Assembly: GCA_965216605.1 (NCBI GenBank)
Contig: CBDCGG010000002.1
Location: 1,369,245 to 1,433,244, forward strand
DNA from: Alphaproteobacteria bacterium
GTDB lineage: Bacteria; Pseudomonadota; Alphaproteobacteria; JABAAW01
Direction: 5' to 3'
DNA length: 64,000 nucleotides
The number at the start of each line of letters is the position of its first letter. Position 1 is the first letter of the stretch. This document shows positions 48,701-51,533 of the stretch, piece by piece. A program made the position numbers and the translations under genes. The notes beneath the pieces are model-generated. The model did not search any database. It was not told the origin of the DNA and worked only from the letters and a program-made list of their open reading frames with translations.

Positions 48701-48741
48701 CCTCTGATTTCTTTGATGTCGATGCCCTGATTCCTACTTAA
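18715..48741 (+). CDS. Giant (10,008 aa) RTX/hemolysin-type Ca-binding repeat surface protein, probable T1SS substrate/adhesin
   Basis: Uninterrupted ORF; AAGGAGG RBS 7 nt before GTG. Very many GGxGxDxLx nonapeptides and DTxSY..VxVDL..GDTLxxIENxIGS units. RTX-type C-terminal domain (DTYIF..G.D.DTI..LRF..LVI..DKITIENFY). Confidence 0.93.
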   Translation: MSLSTPPPEEGAFSGNSNGDASASRVSKDNKRALRVSALLSSSAFAFLLEACGGGSGGGTEIPVDSSIPPAAAGNLSALQQRVINSDDPSVAPESYQVTTRLIDPNENPLGDFSLPGLDAKLTELSVTEGGNLDSNNNFVPNAQQSKKTTATFKDQDVEIDLSALPSSPPPLKLAAGFQVEFTSAGTDAQGQEVAEKRTHITTLKQQIPNSDDEEKIVIRQDYTPGKTEPDLVEVFKETTTSVKDANGNVVQVFRIVEKISQDSEGNFIFSLPFYVDDDGDPGTPLVPLEDVVVTLNPDALTLSDNNGTSLEDIVKEVFSVAEETSDNTPPSPEETSVETSATVFNADGTPKEETITRGNNLDVEGNDEGGRNVFEASDMGVPQRFRGTDGNTEDSVDYSEYDDPIAVDLEEEGRQTDTLPDGSTPANAGDTLISIENVLGGKGDDIIRGDDKDNTLEGGAGDDTLEGRGGKDTLLGGTGDDTLVGGDDADTLRGGEGDDTLAGGAGIDDLDGGEGEDTLSYDGETGGVRVNLNDNSALNNNLVRDVRDTIENFENVIGTDDDDHITGDSGDNVIQGRGGRDDLYGGDGEDTLSYEGEDTGVTVDLRGTQLSSEDDIQDFENVIGSTAADNITGDQNDNVIQGGGGQDDLEGGAGEDTLSYEGEGDAVIVNLDDGGTQTSSLDTAISGFENVIGSTEADTITGDDQDNIIEGGAGADILDGKGGEDTASYENSEQAVNVDLSDGATEKGGDAEGDDLQNFENVLGSAGADTIKGDDEDNVIEGGAGKDNLDGGDDKRGLKIGVDINGNDILGIGDTVSYENEESGLTVDLDDGGAQRATRSNGRGGTMAVDDSIKGFENIIGSGYDDTLMGDENANILTGGAGEDTLEGRGGDDTLEGGDDTDTYVYYYRTGQGGRTDGIDTIIDSGANTIKIYLDGTFASNIAGLSGKPLLDKLQENGVQIERTRVLEEGNQKDYLRIEFNDVNYLLVDGGGIGDPGFALEIFDGSNILYNVSAKELSDSFGAVGAVFYDQPNADGTAKPDTYEGILIDGKALDTVSYRDATEGVTASLADDSLSAGGAAGDTFDNIGNLIGSGKIDGLDDPDLYKDTLIGNANDNKLEGMRGDDTLEGGGGGDTLDGGAGIDTASYASSTSSGGVGINLKTGEYSGGHASGDDLISIENVIGSGHGDRLTGDDNANTLRGGGGEDTLRGGDGDDFLYGDADDDRLYGDEGNDMLYGGDGGDELYGGTGEDRLEGGVGDDTLRGGANRDFLYGDAGADKLYGETGDDELHGGDGDDIVMEGGAGDDTLYGEAGDDTLTGGSGDDTLDGGEGTDRLEGGAGTDDYQYDYRSAGGTNIDTIVDSDNDIGAITIDLTEISLTPEQIDALEGATTNRDFILTLRRETVATTEYEGKTLVISFDNDNKLRIDDFDDLSDAVDLIFKYNSDTPDTPNSKTITSGDLQGLQIIPIGDADPLVLETEQLANDLVIQGDGSTGLSYQNSADRDGIDIVLNTQTVRGVTQSIGTVERRETFGTSNNDDLFLVDKIEGSANADRFTGNDNSNIFTGGKGDDELDGGKGEDAYIYRYTSTESDENVQDGKDTILQEADDGETNIIHIVLDSGRFAGNPDWRINFVAGKIDSEAGTLTLILRRENADGVFVEDPLNSITLQLDDVQNGRFSLQFDSGEGLETPDTTVSASDLGDYLRELVLEGENLVVVRGVTATATGTGGSNTLSFEEIVDPNEKVTLDLSQSSPQKATIADSNDVTFQEIEISNIQNIIGSAGADKLTGNSQDNMLVGEDGDDILDGDAGDDTLDGGAGDDELTGGAGDDILQGGDGADTYIFEGAFGIDILTDADEVLGGDQVVNILRFDNARDHDAEWQEQFSFGLNNNELTITFADGSDTGSVNIQRYSAAGEFQFKYGDRDDEILRVKLGLAGDDTFTGYVDPDTGDEERDYLLGFDGDDTLKGGGNDDFLYGGDDDDKLYGGTTGADGETGTGKDTLEGGKGDDELYGGDGDDTYVYYYTDTRKDGGDTIANDDLGDNVIRIVLTNGTSGRTLEALGITVEKESNTIIRFQFAESSNYIDVFRQNIVDEKMKLTFVDENGRSLFEVPADELITYLPRLDVDVTDDLIEDLILLGEPLDGGREFSASLDDDDRGGSLDFSGFDDAGDILEVTLQDPPDASSIATVNGKDAEIIGTTDIIGTSGDDTIIGNDQSNILEGGEGDDQIGGGAGKDRLDGGAGTDTLIYEDENDPADTGVAVDLGDDTANNYDGTNVLDERDEIENFENVIGTEHADLLIGDNSANILEGRGGEDSLRGEGGDDTLEGGDDNDNLYGGSGDDTLYGGTAEDDSRTGNDLLEGGRGEDKLYGHDGDDTLEGGEGEDIIDGGEDEDTASYAGSDDGVRVDLSRGSTPQDTSNNGDAAGDTLIDIENVIGSSRDDELRGNEEDNTLTGGDGDDILEGGGGDDILEGGEGDEADGDTVSYENARNGVDANLATETGTDIGRGRDVGDDTLTDIENIRGSSFDDILTGDDEENEIYGLAGDDIIDGGAGDDIIEGGEGADEIKGGEGDDNLDGGTDSGTDTSKDTLSYAGETIADDELLEVDLRGNQRSSHDNISNFENVIGSSNDDEITGNEGVNILKGGGGGDILEGEGMDDVLEGGDGDDFLYGGTESDSSGSGADTLKGEAGDDELYGGDDNDILYGGDDDTDNSGGAGKDKLYGGAGDDTLYGGGGDDELDGGEGNDELYGGDGEDTASYATTDNDLSVTLNDGGDSTLTGGADVGTDTLTDIENIRSGSGDDTIIGNSDGNKLYGGEGDDEIEGNAGNDFLYGGTGEDGETGTGDDELDGGEGNDELYGGDGDDILEGGAGNDRLDGGEGDETDGDTATYENDDKGVVVALGENGGEGTSTGADVGTDTLIDIENIKGGSGDDIIVGDNEGNKLEGGAGDDIVQGGGGRDDLYGGDGTDTLSYEGEDTAVVVNLAGTQTSDLDNIEGFENIIGSTEGDTLTGDGEENTLEGKGGNDTIKGGAGDDTIYGGDGDDTRLDGDAGNDTIAGGEGDDELHGGDDNDILYGGDNANEDSGGTGTDFIYGDAGDDKLYGGGGDDTLEGGADEDELYGGEGVDILKGDAGDDKLYGGDDNDELYGGDDATDNSGGAGKDELYGGAGDDKLYGGGGTDTLEGGTGIDELHGGDDDDTLRGGGDNDELYGDAGADTLEGGTGIDELHGGADGDILKGDEGNDELYGDAGDDTLEGGADNDELYGGDGGDILIGGTGNDRLEGDDEAGGGADTLEGGAGADIYVYHYIGTAVGRKDGIDTINTETDSGNTIRIVVDPNQDAWGVGEGIYFAKHYTDDSDPSTEVTAQVRLFFDADNYIVLTRADLDSNGNADGGTSKFKLEIQDALGNDLTPNSLKNAEGVLNPAAALQLEYDAFANPPPPQIHTYLSGGSNSDFDEKGEVVIVIDALNLGDAFTIQDLLASGKFSYEESGGKIVLTFGDGSSGSLTQTVTLNSSPPNITITDGSATVVDNEVVLTGDTTTLEYAADALPPNNLIGILDGYTVRAPDQVEADTYLVLGSSATGETADFSALSEAVVLDLANAERTGMVGTRKIAVIDIENIEGGSGADILTGDDTANIITGNAGGDTLRGGLGGDTLIGGEDTTDNSGTGNDELYGDEGADNLYGGGGEDILHGGDDGDTLRGGDDDDILYGGDDATNNSGGAGADELYGGAGNDELYGGGGNDELDGGGGEDTLEGGAGTDTLTGGAGIDTYVYHYTTARQDGADTIQAEVETDTNIIRIVVDASAITSGTTWSDLIEIDRDTTTDKLTLTMKGSITGHTIELTLSNVISGRFSIEFASTSTGIATIIEDLKGLVDKVFVPSTTTGADVLRVLPLVTREVTGDPQDTVSFEDFDSDYSVALNLADPNPQAVITHTTLDRQSVKVTEVLNIIGSGGADTLIGNSGGNRIDGGDGADTIEGGAGDDFLYGDAGDDILTGGAGADTIYGGAGDDIIKGGVGVDTLLDGGVGGSDTISYEDETDAVVVNLLGMQTSNSDTTIANFENIIGGSGGDTLTGDGTANRLEGGVGTLGETDTLTGGVGADTYVYHYTATRKDGADIITAGEDTGNILEIHVDDPSTAWSVSTEVLTLNEPTGLIRFDRHDSDNVRLVFDTNTGDPATNADANNYIVLNKADLRDAKFSLQLFDLDGASIPLIDAGVVATAFDAYEANIPADFVYPNALVEQGSTLGGEYIVELSALADDITPAFSAATTLTDLLASGRVAFFRTGDNGEHVKIVFVNADGSYDATNSLTFTDVYDAGGNLLDAFRDLKIIFRQDGSQFEVSTFGTDLEGLTVTETIAGTGIVVAGDDAFFINGDGTTTNANFATLLDVDKTLEVISIEGGVLLAVVRDTATPPNLVGSYILRNVDTITGGDGDDSLTADDTGIILKGGDGVDTLTGGAGVDILEGGVGGDTLRGGGEDDTLRGNEDNDMLYGEAGSDTLEGGLGIDTLDGGEGDDTLKGGDGDDIYIFNAQSGSDTIEDADGDNILRFDDATGLGYFTSFALASDGTFTITYGASSSILTILNFAPENFVFQGTGGVLLNIVLGTAGGDILSGSVGDVADYQLGFAGDDTLEGSAGADTLDGGADEDTVSYNRVDATEGVQVDLSGNTANTGGDATGDTLLNIENIFGSIHDDMLTGNGEGNQIAGLAGNDEIHGGAGDDFLYGGDGDDILEGGEGEDTLDGGADTDTASYESAAGGVTVDLGETGKQTVGSGDALGDTLTGIENLIGSKYGDTLTGDELLTNSHTLQGGAGDDMITGGGGNDFLYGGTGAVDETGTGDDTIDGGAGADTLEGGDGTDTLTGGLGVDTYVYHYINTPDGRKDGVDTITEADELNLMGAAQVINTLELHVQSLAGAWTPDLTPETEDLPIGLIRFHTEDIDPFGTVRLVFDTDDSDPATNADSDNYILLKTSDITNGRFKLTIFESDPLTAPMSVEVAQLQEAYTAFARVNAHTDFTYVPSADPANEIEVLEAALDDSFFIDLSALIPDFGTSGSLSDLLALGRIAFFKTGTDLKIIFVDGSGEIDATNSLTFKDVYDAGGNPIADFAALSVIFRDSSFNEVPSSVSGFAADLAGVTGTTINGDTSFFIDGEVGDDTRADFSSLLTGGRTLTVTPIEGVDGVLLAVVKDGTDVFKSYTLRSVETITGGDGDDTLAGDAGENVLIGGLGDDTYVFTATSGLDTIDDRNGVNILRFDDAAGFEHFISFEFAFSSLTITYGALDSPSTLTIGGYTTGAFVFHDKDGNVINILLDTDENDFLVGDAAENEYLAGLGGDDKLEGLAGSSDTLDGGEGTDTASYENFAFVQGVVVDLAKGEQTSEGDLDNKDTLKNIENVIGSNFDDMLKGDGKVNTLTGGMGDDILEGGAGADMLVGGGGSDTASYAGSLDTDGDNLGVAVSLVAGASNTGDDAAGDTFTGIENLRGSAFGDTLTGNDETNRIEGGVGTGGGIDRLEGGGGADTFVYYYTVERQDGVDDILDTVTGDTDTLEIRIDESSYDRAMDVVNNSTETGTDKTIATLRAIGINSVTTEDSGASFVFTFDNDNKITLHRDSAVSQIEMLSIVNNDARAASFNIIESDINALFDGLVDIVNPIVFNDPDPTLRVDSFSVASEDSVSLVAGDFNDVLIDISGWSATGADAIATLADMLALSDFTLTKDGNNLVLTFGGRKDSEDNDVADLTLTITDAYIGDAIQDFVKGKEITFRYGSGNADTFTWDTDSILYAPTRTEGGEDIYEFNQGDTYAVEDPTLTNDQVADLSATSGGISERVQISSNDDSTFTVEVTRPIALGFTPYASSDEGSPLRFPLPSIVLKDFDTIVGSTGFDLLRGNNVANIFKGGEGGDWIEGAGGDDTLEGGAGDDVLIGGLGDDTLEGGEDDDMLMGGVGEDTLTGGDGADTYVYHYIYSPGGSKDGIDEITEATEVGVVNTIRIIVDDSVTRTTWSDWIVVAQDPDNAKDVRLNMISALNDPDTFHYIILKDANDLINIRNFEIEFARLADPNTVIDTLSASDLSTELFGGETIVGSIGLPDTLEVVPGDTTSVAGNDGEEDTISFAAFDDTYEVDLSLIDGDGDATITHATNPPQNVRVSNVRHITGSGGDDTITGDGVDNTLKGGEGDDELGGGAGDDTLDGGEGDDILDGGVGDDTLEGGVGIDTYVFDGTSGEDTITEDAENVSNILHFKDATGGANWQEDFTFTLSTLGGVDTLTIDFDDGTSSSTVNIIDYTKDRFEFRYGAGGSTDILNVELGTNGNDEGGEPLLGTTGDDYLAGFDGTDRLTGGGGDDWLVGGLGTDTYVFGGVSGEDTIIEKDSGGNSILRFTDATTAVGWQNQFTFLLDSTGKNLTINFENGASASTIKINDVFDAGTFQIQGNGGDALSVMFGTEAGSTDGTTLTGSTAPDSSYLLGFGGDDIFVGTSGSDTFDGGDGVDTVDYSASTDDIKVDLSGDTLNTGVLVADDIFIDIENVVGGSGADTLAGDDKDNILTGGAGDDMLMGGAGDDTYIYNAGDGKDLITDIEGVNTIKIYVSDANLQNQIDAVTFTKNNFFHELTLIVGDLDLADGNRIKEDDNANVDSVLRFAFGPDDIVDIQGKGIEAGAISIEFISTTDASVGTISAATLKNIYFPAQDFTYSDGGDATFSGTGAVTIDVDGLGIVFAATDDTLDKQLKVLLQSGKFSYEVTAGKTILSFGEKGNSALPIQTVTMLDSQTEIVFENGGAETELKFTDTSPKSFLEALDELTILHTEQLDDAGLVGNYLVSGTTGTGDTADFSNVATASIVIDLEAGTGLLNFTDLVRVLNIENIIGGGGADTLKGDDNDNMLAGGAGDDTLTGGAGDDMISGDTGDDTLEGGMGTDTLEGGAGADTYVYHYINGGRQDGKDTINTEGTAGNIIEIHVADNTFKWGNGEDIYFAVHKVGDVISDTLVRIAFKGDSDNYIVLNRVDLDNNGDIDAGDSNFELEIVHENDSSTVSISAADLNTAYDDFLISITPNIYDYATAANTVSYNNMGAVIIDIGDIGTDLGLGLTLGGTDLQADLTTLLSSGQFFYEVDTLNNKIVFTFGGKEITPGVLSEVKTLMINNAPHPDITFQNGGEDTTLLEFTNDGMNFLTLADVYTLRANADNNYIVTLTDIEDINLIVGSSVVGQDDTADFSAFTTTVFADLAGRAIQNGAAAIVNIENIIGGSSFDVLTGDKQDNKLEGRAEADYLVGGGGNDILEGGDGDDFLYGGTLSDDTEIGEDTLEGGAGADTLTGGYGADTYVYHYTTARQDGADMITEVDELAVVNTIRIYVDGTNAWGSGIAFKTGDDNHVRIAFEDADTNSILLSKDDLVNERFQLEIMKSDGTIDNTIDEASELKTAYEDFVAANTDQTYSYDTAGTTASLTSTGPVEIDLGSLVNFTGITGFDAQLEHLLASGEFSYEVTASTIVFTFGGKNFGEPGSEIEKTLTINNPSPNIKFAGTGLDIASTDLEFTAGNFITMLNDYTINADDFYAVIDANKGDAYLISGSSADTDDTVSFSSVTTDGVVLNLAKKTGMLDSHVVRVDNIENIVGSNQADTLTGDDNANTIEGGVGDDILTGGGGEDTLEGGDGADTLTGGEGDDILQGGAGADTYVFSGASGEDTITEDAEDISNILRFEDVTGLEDFTSFTLDSGGTKLTIVFGSNTVIIDGYTKARFEFQYGTAGTTTTFNVELGTAGVDTLSGSAEEDYLLGFADDDILMGSAGADTLDGGGGSGDTVDYSASTDAVTVDLNVIGDAKPSGGDAEGDTLKNIENIIGSDNTVTGDTLTGSGFQNTLQGGAGDDKLYGNRGNDTLEGGDGNDTLDGGVGADTLEGGAGDDTLDGGDGADTLEGGAGDDTLDGGVGADTYIYNYIDGGSQDGKDTITEVDGGNIIELRISSSDTIKWGVGELIYFKTHDNDKVRIDFGGGLTDYIILDRNDLSNGNERFTLKIQDVDGNDIVGADAPADAAELSAAYIAFALTEVPQGDYTYTASGTNTDKLAGGAFNIDISALIVFNSSDTKEMQLQKLLASGQFSYEVNAANQLVLTFGRGSTKETLTLDNGNPLPDITFVNVDVPTKLVFKTIGTSNFLTELNALTINDLDVPITDAELSVNYLVAGTDGPSDTADFSMVTGALDLNLVTGKATLNGNIAGLGNIENLNGGSGDDTILGDSNANTLDGGAGNDTLEGGEGADTLLGGAGTDTASYENYVRAGGITNGVTVDLRRKGSFAQVDDFNSRVDNGDAAGDMLTDIENIIGSNHNDILRGDDDTNMIEGGLGDDFLYGFDGVDTLKGGAGRDEIHGGAGEDDLDGGADEDTLSYNNEIITKIIAGIAVGIGIDVDLDVGGEQKAYNYVEGARDTERDTISNFENVVGTQYDDILRGNAGDNTLEGGLGDDILEGGAGNDRLLGSSGSDTASYENSNAFVEVSLLSGGTIRGGHAANDMLLSIENLIGSDHNDILTGDDKTTLGETNKLEGGLGDDMIHGGLGDDILDGGGGSDTLSYAGEGKGVAVDLRVDILLGITQTARDYVAGVVQFRRDTISNFENVIGSTKDDKLTGDGGVNKIEGGAGDDEIDGGASDDTLYGGAGADTIMGGTGDDTIEGGEGDDILDGGAGGDILDGGGGSDTVDYSASSNAVIVDLSDTNLAGEVKPSGGDAAGDTLKSIENIIGSDDTVTGDTLTGSGFANMIDGGAGNDEIYGGASDDTLYGGTGDDMLDGGAGADTIMGGEGDDTIKGGAGDDELHGGAGTGDTISYAGEVSAVVVNLNDGGTQTSTLDSTIDGFENIIGSDDTVTGDTLTGDSGVNKIEGGAGDDILDGGAGGDMLDGGDGSDTVDYSASTDAVTVDLSDADAEEDGDAAGDTLKNIENLIGSDNTVTGDTLTGSGFQNILQGGAGDDKLYGKRGNDTLEGDDGDDTLDGGVGADTLEGGAGDDMLVGGTGADIYVYHFTTAGTVRKDGIDTITEVDADNIIRLYVDNPATAWGAGNTVYFEHDPLDLNKVRIAFDATNYLEFDSADFVAERFKLEIYNAATGIKTELTDIDEAAELAEAYRESKPKFYTYGGSDDADLTGTGKVTFTIDGLLTGLTKFSPPTTLDDQIKELLSSGRLSYEVKGEDTVGDASDDQLILTFGDGTTEFPVETVTLSLETPEVEFAGTLLDFTSFDALRLKLTAFAVTTPNADGNYEVGDDIFLIEGSDRTDDTADFSGVSVAVDIDLEAEEGTLYNTPPTRVIVRYIENLIGSAQDDILTGDDKDNILEGGDGADTIEGGGGEDTASYENAASGVTLDLSDRSNDVGDAIGDTFTEIERLLGSDHDDTFTGDGNDNIFDGGAGNDMLTGGAGADTLDGGDGTDTASYTGSDDGVVVELYNINSEDEVTPSGGDAEGDTLKNIENLIGSDHDDVLTGDSGVNRLTGGAGDDILEGRAGADTLDGGDGSDTASYKSSTAVTVDLRNTGRQGSFGDAAQDTLINIENVIGSAGVDALTGNDGDNILEGGAGGDTIDGGGGSDTVSYKNAAAAVAVYLGQGEAPGESGVQQNQYIDNFFVLGTIYQSGDAEGDEISNIENIIGSDHDDFLRGDKNDNIIDGGLGADIILGGSDGTDTVSYKNSASAVTVYLDDLSAESGGDAEGDRLSGIENFIGSRFDDKFRGTSGIVDNVFEGGLGADTIYGGSGSDTASYESSALAVNVDLSITGAQAANYNPLDLTSPVNGDAVGDILTSIENLLGSKHDDVLTGNSGANTLAGGAGADTLQGGGGSDTASYESSALAVNVNLARSGAQENLFNGEDNGDAAGDILTSIENLLGSAFDDTLIGNNGNNILTGGAGADTLQSGTGADTLEGGTGNDILEGGDDTDTYIFSKGHDADTIIDTPAGLSPSLILRFEGVGYSKSDFTSAIFTKDIDDSNHLVIDLDSGDNDKITIENFYNGGAVYSLYISITATSDFFDVDALIPT

Positions 48742-48759
48742 TCTTGGCAAAGCCTCCAC

Positions 48760-49356
48760 TCACAAGCTTAATCTGTGCTCCAACGCCTCCAGTGCCAACA
48801 GCGTAGCCTCCCTCCTCACTGCCTCACGCCCTTCCTCTGTCCTTAGCCGATGCTCCGCAACGCTTATCTCTTCCTCCCCCTTCGCCTCCGCAAACCCCAC
48901 CCCCACAAAAACTAGCCCAATCTCCTCCTCTCCCGCACGCGCTCCCACTTCCGCCGCCACTCTTCCTACCGCCGCCGCTCCTCCCGCCAGTCCTCCTGCC
49001 ACTCCCCCTGCCACTCCCCCCGCATAGCCCGTCACAGCCACCCCCAAAAGTCTCCCCCCTCCCCACACTTCCTCCCGCGCAAGCACCCCCCGCACCATCG
49101 CGCGCGCAACGCACGCGCTCACCGCTCCCTCGCGCACTAACACCGAGCGCGAAACCCCCAGCAGCCCAATTTTAGCTCCATTCCCGTAACTCACGATCCC
49201 CCCCCCGTAGACCCTCGACGCGCCCGCAACCCCCGTCAGATACCCCCCCACCATACCCCCCGTCACAGACTCCGCCGTCACCAATCGAACACCCCCCGCC
49301 GCCGCCTTCGCCACAACACGAGACGCAACCCCCAACAGCTCTGCCTCATCCCTCAT
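48760..49356 (-). CDS. cinA: CinA C-terminal domain protein (NMN deamidase PncC-like)
   Basis: VTAESVTGG, GIVSYGNGAK, GAVS..VARAM, VTGYAG, GLVFVG, REAVR. Confidence 0.85.
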   Translation of the reverse strand: MRDEAELLGVASRVVAKAAAGGVRLVTAESVTGGMVGGYLTGVAGASRVYGGGIVSYGNGAKIGLLGVSRSVLVREGAVSACVARAMVRGVLAREEVWGGGRLLGVAVTGYAGGVAGGVAGGLAGGAAAVGRVAAEVGARAGEEEIGLVFVGVGFAEAKGEEEISVAEHRLRTEEGREAVRREATLLALEALEHRLSL

Positions 49357-49365
49357 AAAATTCCA

Positions 49366-49938
49366 TCACAGAAAAAACCTATACCCCACTCCCAACCCCC
49401 AGCCCAAAACACCCCCCCCCAACAACACCTCCAAAAGCCACAGAAAGCCTACCGCCCAAACGCCCGCCGCAACATCGTCCAACATCACTCCCCAGCCGTT
49501 CTTCCAGCGTCTGTCTAGGTAACTCGCAGGAAACGGCTTGACAATGTCACAAAGCCGAAACAACACAAACGCCGCAGCCCAACCCCACAATCCTCCTAAC
49601 CCCTTCAGAAAAGCCACAAAAAAATCAACAGGCGAAGCAACCAACGAGGCAAAAAGCGACGCAACAGACGCATCGACAAACAAGGCAGGCACAATAAACG
49701 CAGGCGCAAAAACAAGCACCCCCGCCATCGCCGCAAACTCGTCGATCACAATGTCCGAGTGATCCGCTTGTCCCGTGCGCTCGCCGTAGCCCTGCGCGCT
49801 AGGAACGCCCAGCGCAAAACTCGCCATCGCCAACAGAGCGCAGCCAACCTTGCCTGCACCCGCAACCTCCAACAAGGCGCAACAAACAACCGCCGCTCCA
49901 GATCCCCAAGTGCCAGAGGCAGGACGCAAAAAGCCCAC
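49366..49938 (-). CDS. pgpA: Phosphatidylglycerophosphatase A (true start probably further upstream, up to ~49996)
   Basis: ASGTWGS, DHSDIVIDE, FVLFRLCDIVKPFP, GWGVMLDDVAAG; adjacent to cinA. Confidence 0.88.
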   Translation of the reverse strand: MGFLRPASGTWGSGAAVVCCALLEVAGAGKVGCALLAMASFALGVPSAQGYGERTGQADHSDIVIDEFAAMAGVLVFAPAFIVPALFVDASVASLFASLVASPVDFFVAFLKGLGGLWGWAAAFVLFRLCDIVKPFPASYLDRRWKNGWGVMLDDVAAGVWAVGFLWLLEVLLGGGVLGWGLGVGYRFFL

Positions 49939-50016
49939 GCCGCCGCAAGTCGCTAAAAAAGTGTTAAAAAAAGAGCGCAGAGAAAATCTTAGTCAACTAA
50001 AATTCTTAGCGAACTT

Positions 50017-51474
50017 CTAGCCGACGCTGCCCTCCAGCGAGATGCCCACCAACTTCTGCGCCTCGACGGCAAACTCCATCGGCAGCGTTTGCAACACCTC
50101 CTTGCAAAAGCCGTTGACGATCATCGAGGTCGCGCTCTCTGCGTCCAGCCCGCGCTGACGGCAGTAAAACAGCTGATCTTCGCCGATCCTGCTCGTCGAG
50201 GCTTCGTGCTCTACCATAGCACTTGGGTTGCGGCTCTCGATATACGGCACCGTATGCGCGCCGCACCGATCGCCGATCAACAACGAGTCGCACTGCGTGA
50301 AGTTGCGCGCTCCCGCCGCCTTCTCGGCAATGCGCACCAAGCCGCGATAGGTTTGATCCGCCCTGCCCGCCGAGATACCCTTCGCGATAATCCGCGAGCG
50401 CGTCCCCTTGCCCAAATGCAGCATCTTCGTGCCTGTGTCCGCCTGCTGCCTGTTGTTCGTGATGGCGACCGAGTAGAACTCGCCGCTGGATTCTTCGCCC
50501 TGCAAGATGCAGCTGGGATACTTCCAAGTGATTGCAGACCCTGTCTCGACCTGCGTCCAAGTGATGCGCGATCCGTGCCCGCGACACGCGCCGCGTTTCG
50601 TCACAAAGTTGTAGATACCGCCGACACCGTTCTCGTCGCCCGGATACCAGTTCTGCACTGTCGAGTATTTAATTTCGCCGCAGCCCAGCGCCACCAACTC
50701 GACGACGGCAGCGTGCAGTTGGTTCTCGTCGCGTTGCGGTGCGGTGCAACCTTCCAGATAGCTCACATACGAGGCATCCTCCACGATAACCAAGGTGCGC
50801 TCGAACTGTCCTGTGTCGCGCGCGTTAATGCGGAAGTAGGTCGAGAGCTCCATCGGACAGCGCACACCTTTTGGAATATAGACGAACGATCCGTCTGTAA
50901 ACACCGCCGAGTTCAGGCAGGCGAAGAAGTTATCGTTGTACGGAACGACGCTACCTAGATACCTCTTGACGATATCGGGATGCGTCTTCACCGCCTCTGA
51001 GATCGAGCAGAAAACGATACCCTGCTTCGCCAGCTTTTCCTTGTAGGTTGTTGCCACCGAGACCGAATCAAAAACAGCATCCACGGCAACGCCAGCCAAC
51101 CACTCCTGCTCCTTGAGCGGGATGCCGAGTTTCGCGTAGGTAGCGAGCAAGGTCGGATCGACCTCGTCCAAAGACTTCGGACCTTCCTTTTGTTTCGGCG
51201 CGGCGTAGTAGTGAATCGCGTTGTAGTCGATAGGTTTAATCTCCAACTTCGCCCATTGCGGCGCGCGCATGCTCTGCCAGCGTTGGTATGCCTTCAGGCG
51301 GAAATCTAAAAGCCATTGGGGTTCTTCTTTCTTCTCCGAGATAAAGCGAACGATACTCTCGTCTAGCCCTTTCGGAGCTTTTTCCATCTCGATTTCTGTC
51401 TCGAAGCCGTACTTGTAGCGTTCGGCAGACAGGGCTTGCACTTGGGCAGTGGTCTCGGCAGTAGCTCCGCTCAT
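50017..51474 (-). CDS. sufB: Fe-S assembly scaffold SufB
   Basis: [53 protein letters not shown]. Confidence 0.97.
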   Translation of the reverse strand: MSGATAETTAQVQALSAERYKYGFETEIEMEKAPKGLDESIVRFISEKKEEPQWLLDFRLKAYQRWQSMRAPQWAKLEIKPIDYNAIHYYAAPKQKEGPKSLDEVDPTLLATYAKLGIPLKEQEWLAGVAVDAVFDSVSVATTYKEKLAKQGIVFCSISEAVKTHPDIVKRYLGSVVPYNDNFFACLNSAVFTDGSFVYIPKGVRCPMELSTYFRINARDTGQFERTLVIVEDASYVSYLEGCTAPQRDENQLHAAVVELVALGCGEIKYSTVQNWYPGDENGVGGIYNFVTKRGACRGHGSRITWTQVETGSAITWKYPSCILQGEESSGEFYSVAITNNRQQADTGTKMLHLGKGTRSRIIAKGISAGRADQTYRGLVRIAEKAAGARNFTQCDSLLIGDRCGAHTVPYIESRNPSAMVEHEASTSRIGEDQLFYCRQRGLDAESATSMIVNGFCKEVLQTLPMEFAVEAQKLVGISLEGSVG

Positions 51475-51533
51475 ACTACGACTCTACAAGCTCTCCGCTC
51501 GACAAGCAAGCGAAATCTTGCTAGGATCAAAGC

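Noticed and set aside
18715-48741. Giant protein as a MARTX or pore-forming toxin
   Set aside because: No MARTX repeats, cysteine protease domain, hydrophobic pore domain or adjacent acyltransferase gene was recognised.
49985-50002. TTAGTCAACTAA palindrome as an IscR/iron box
   Set aside because: Only a partial match, and it lies downstream of sufB rather than in a suf promoter.
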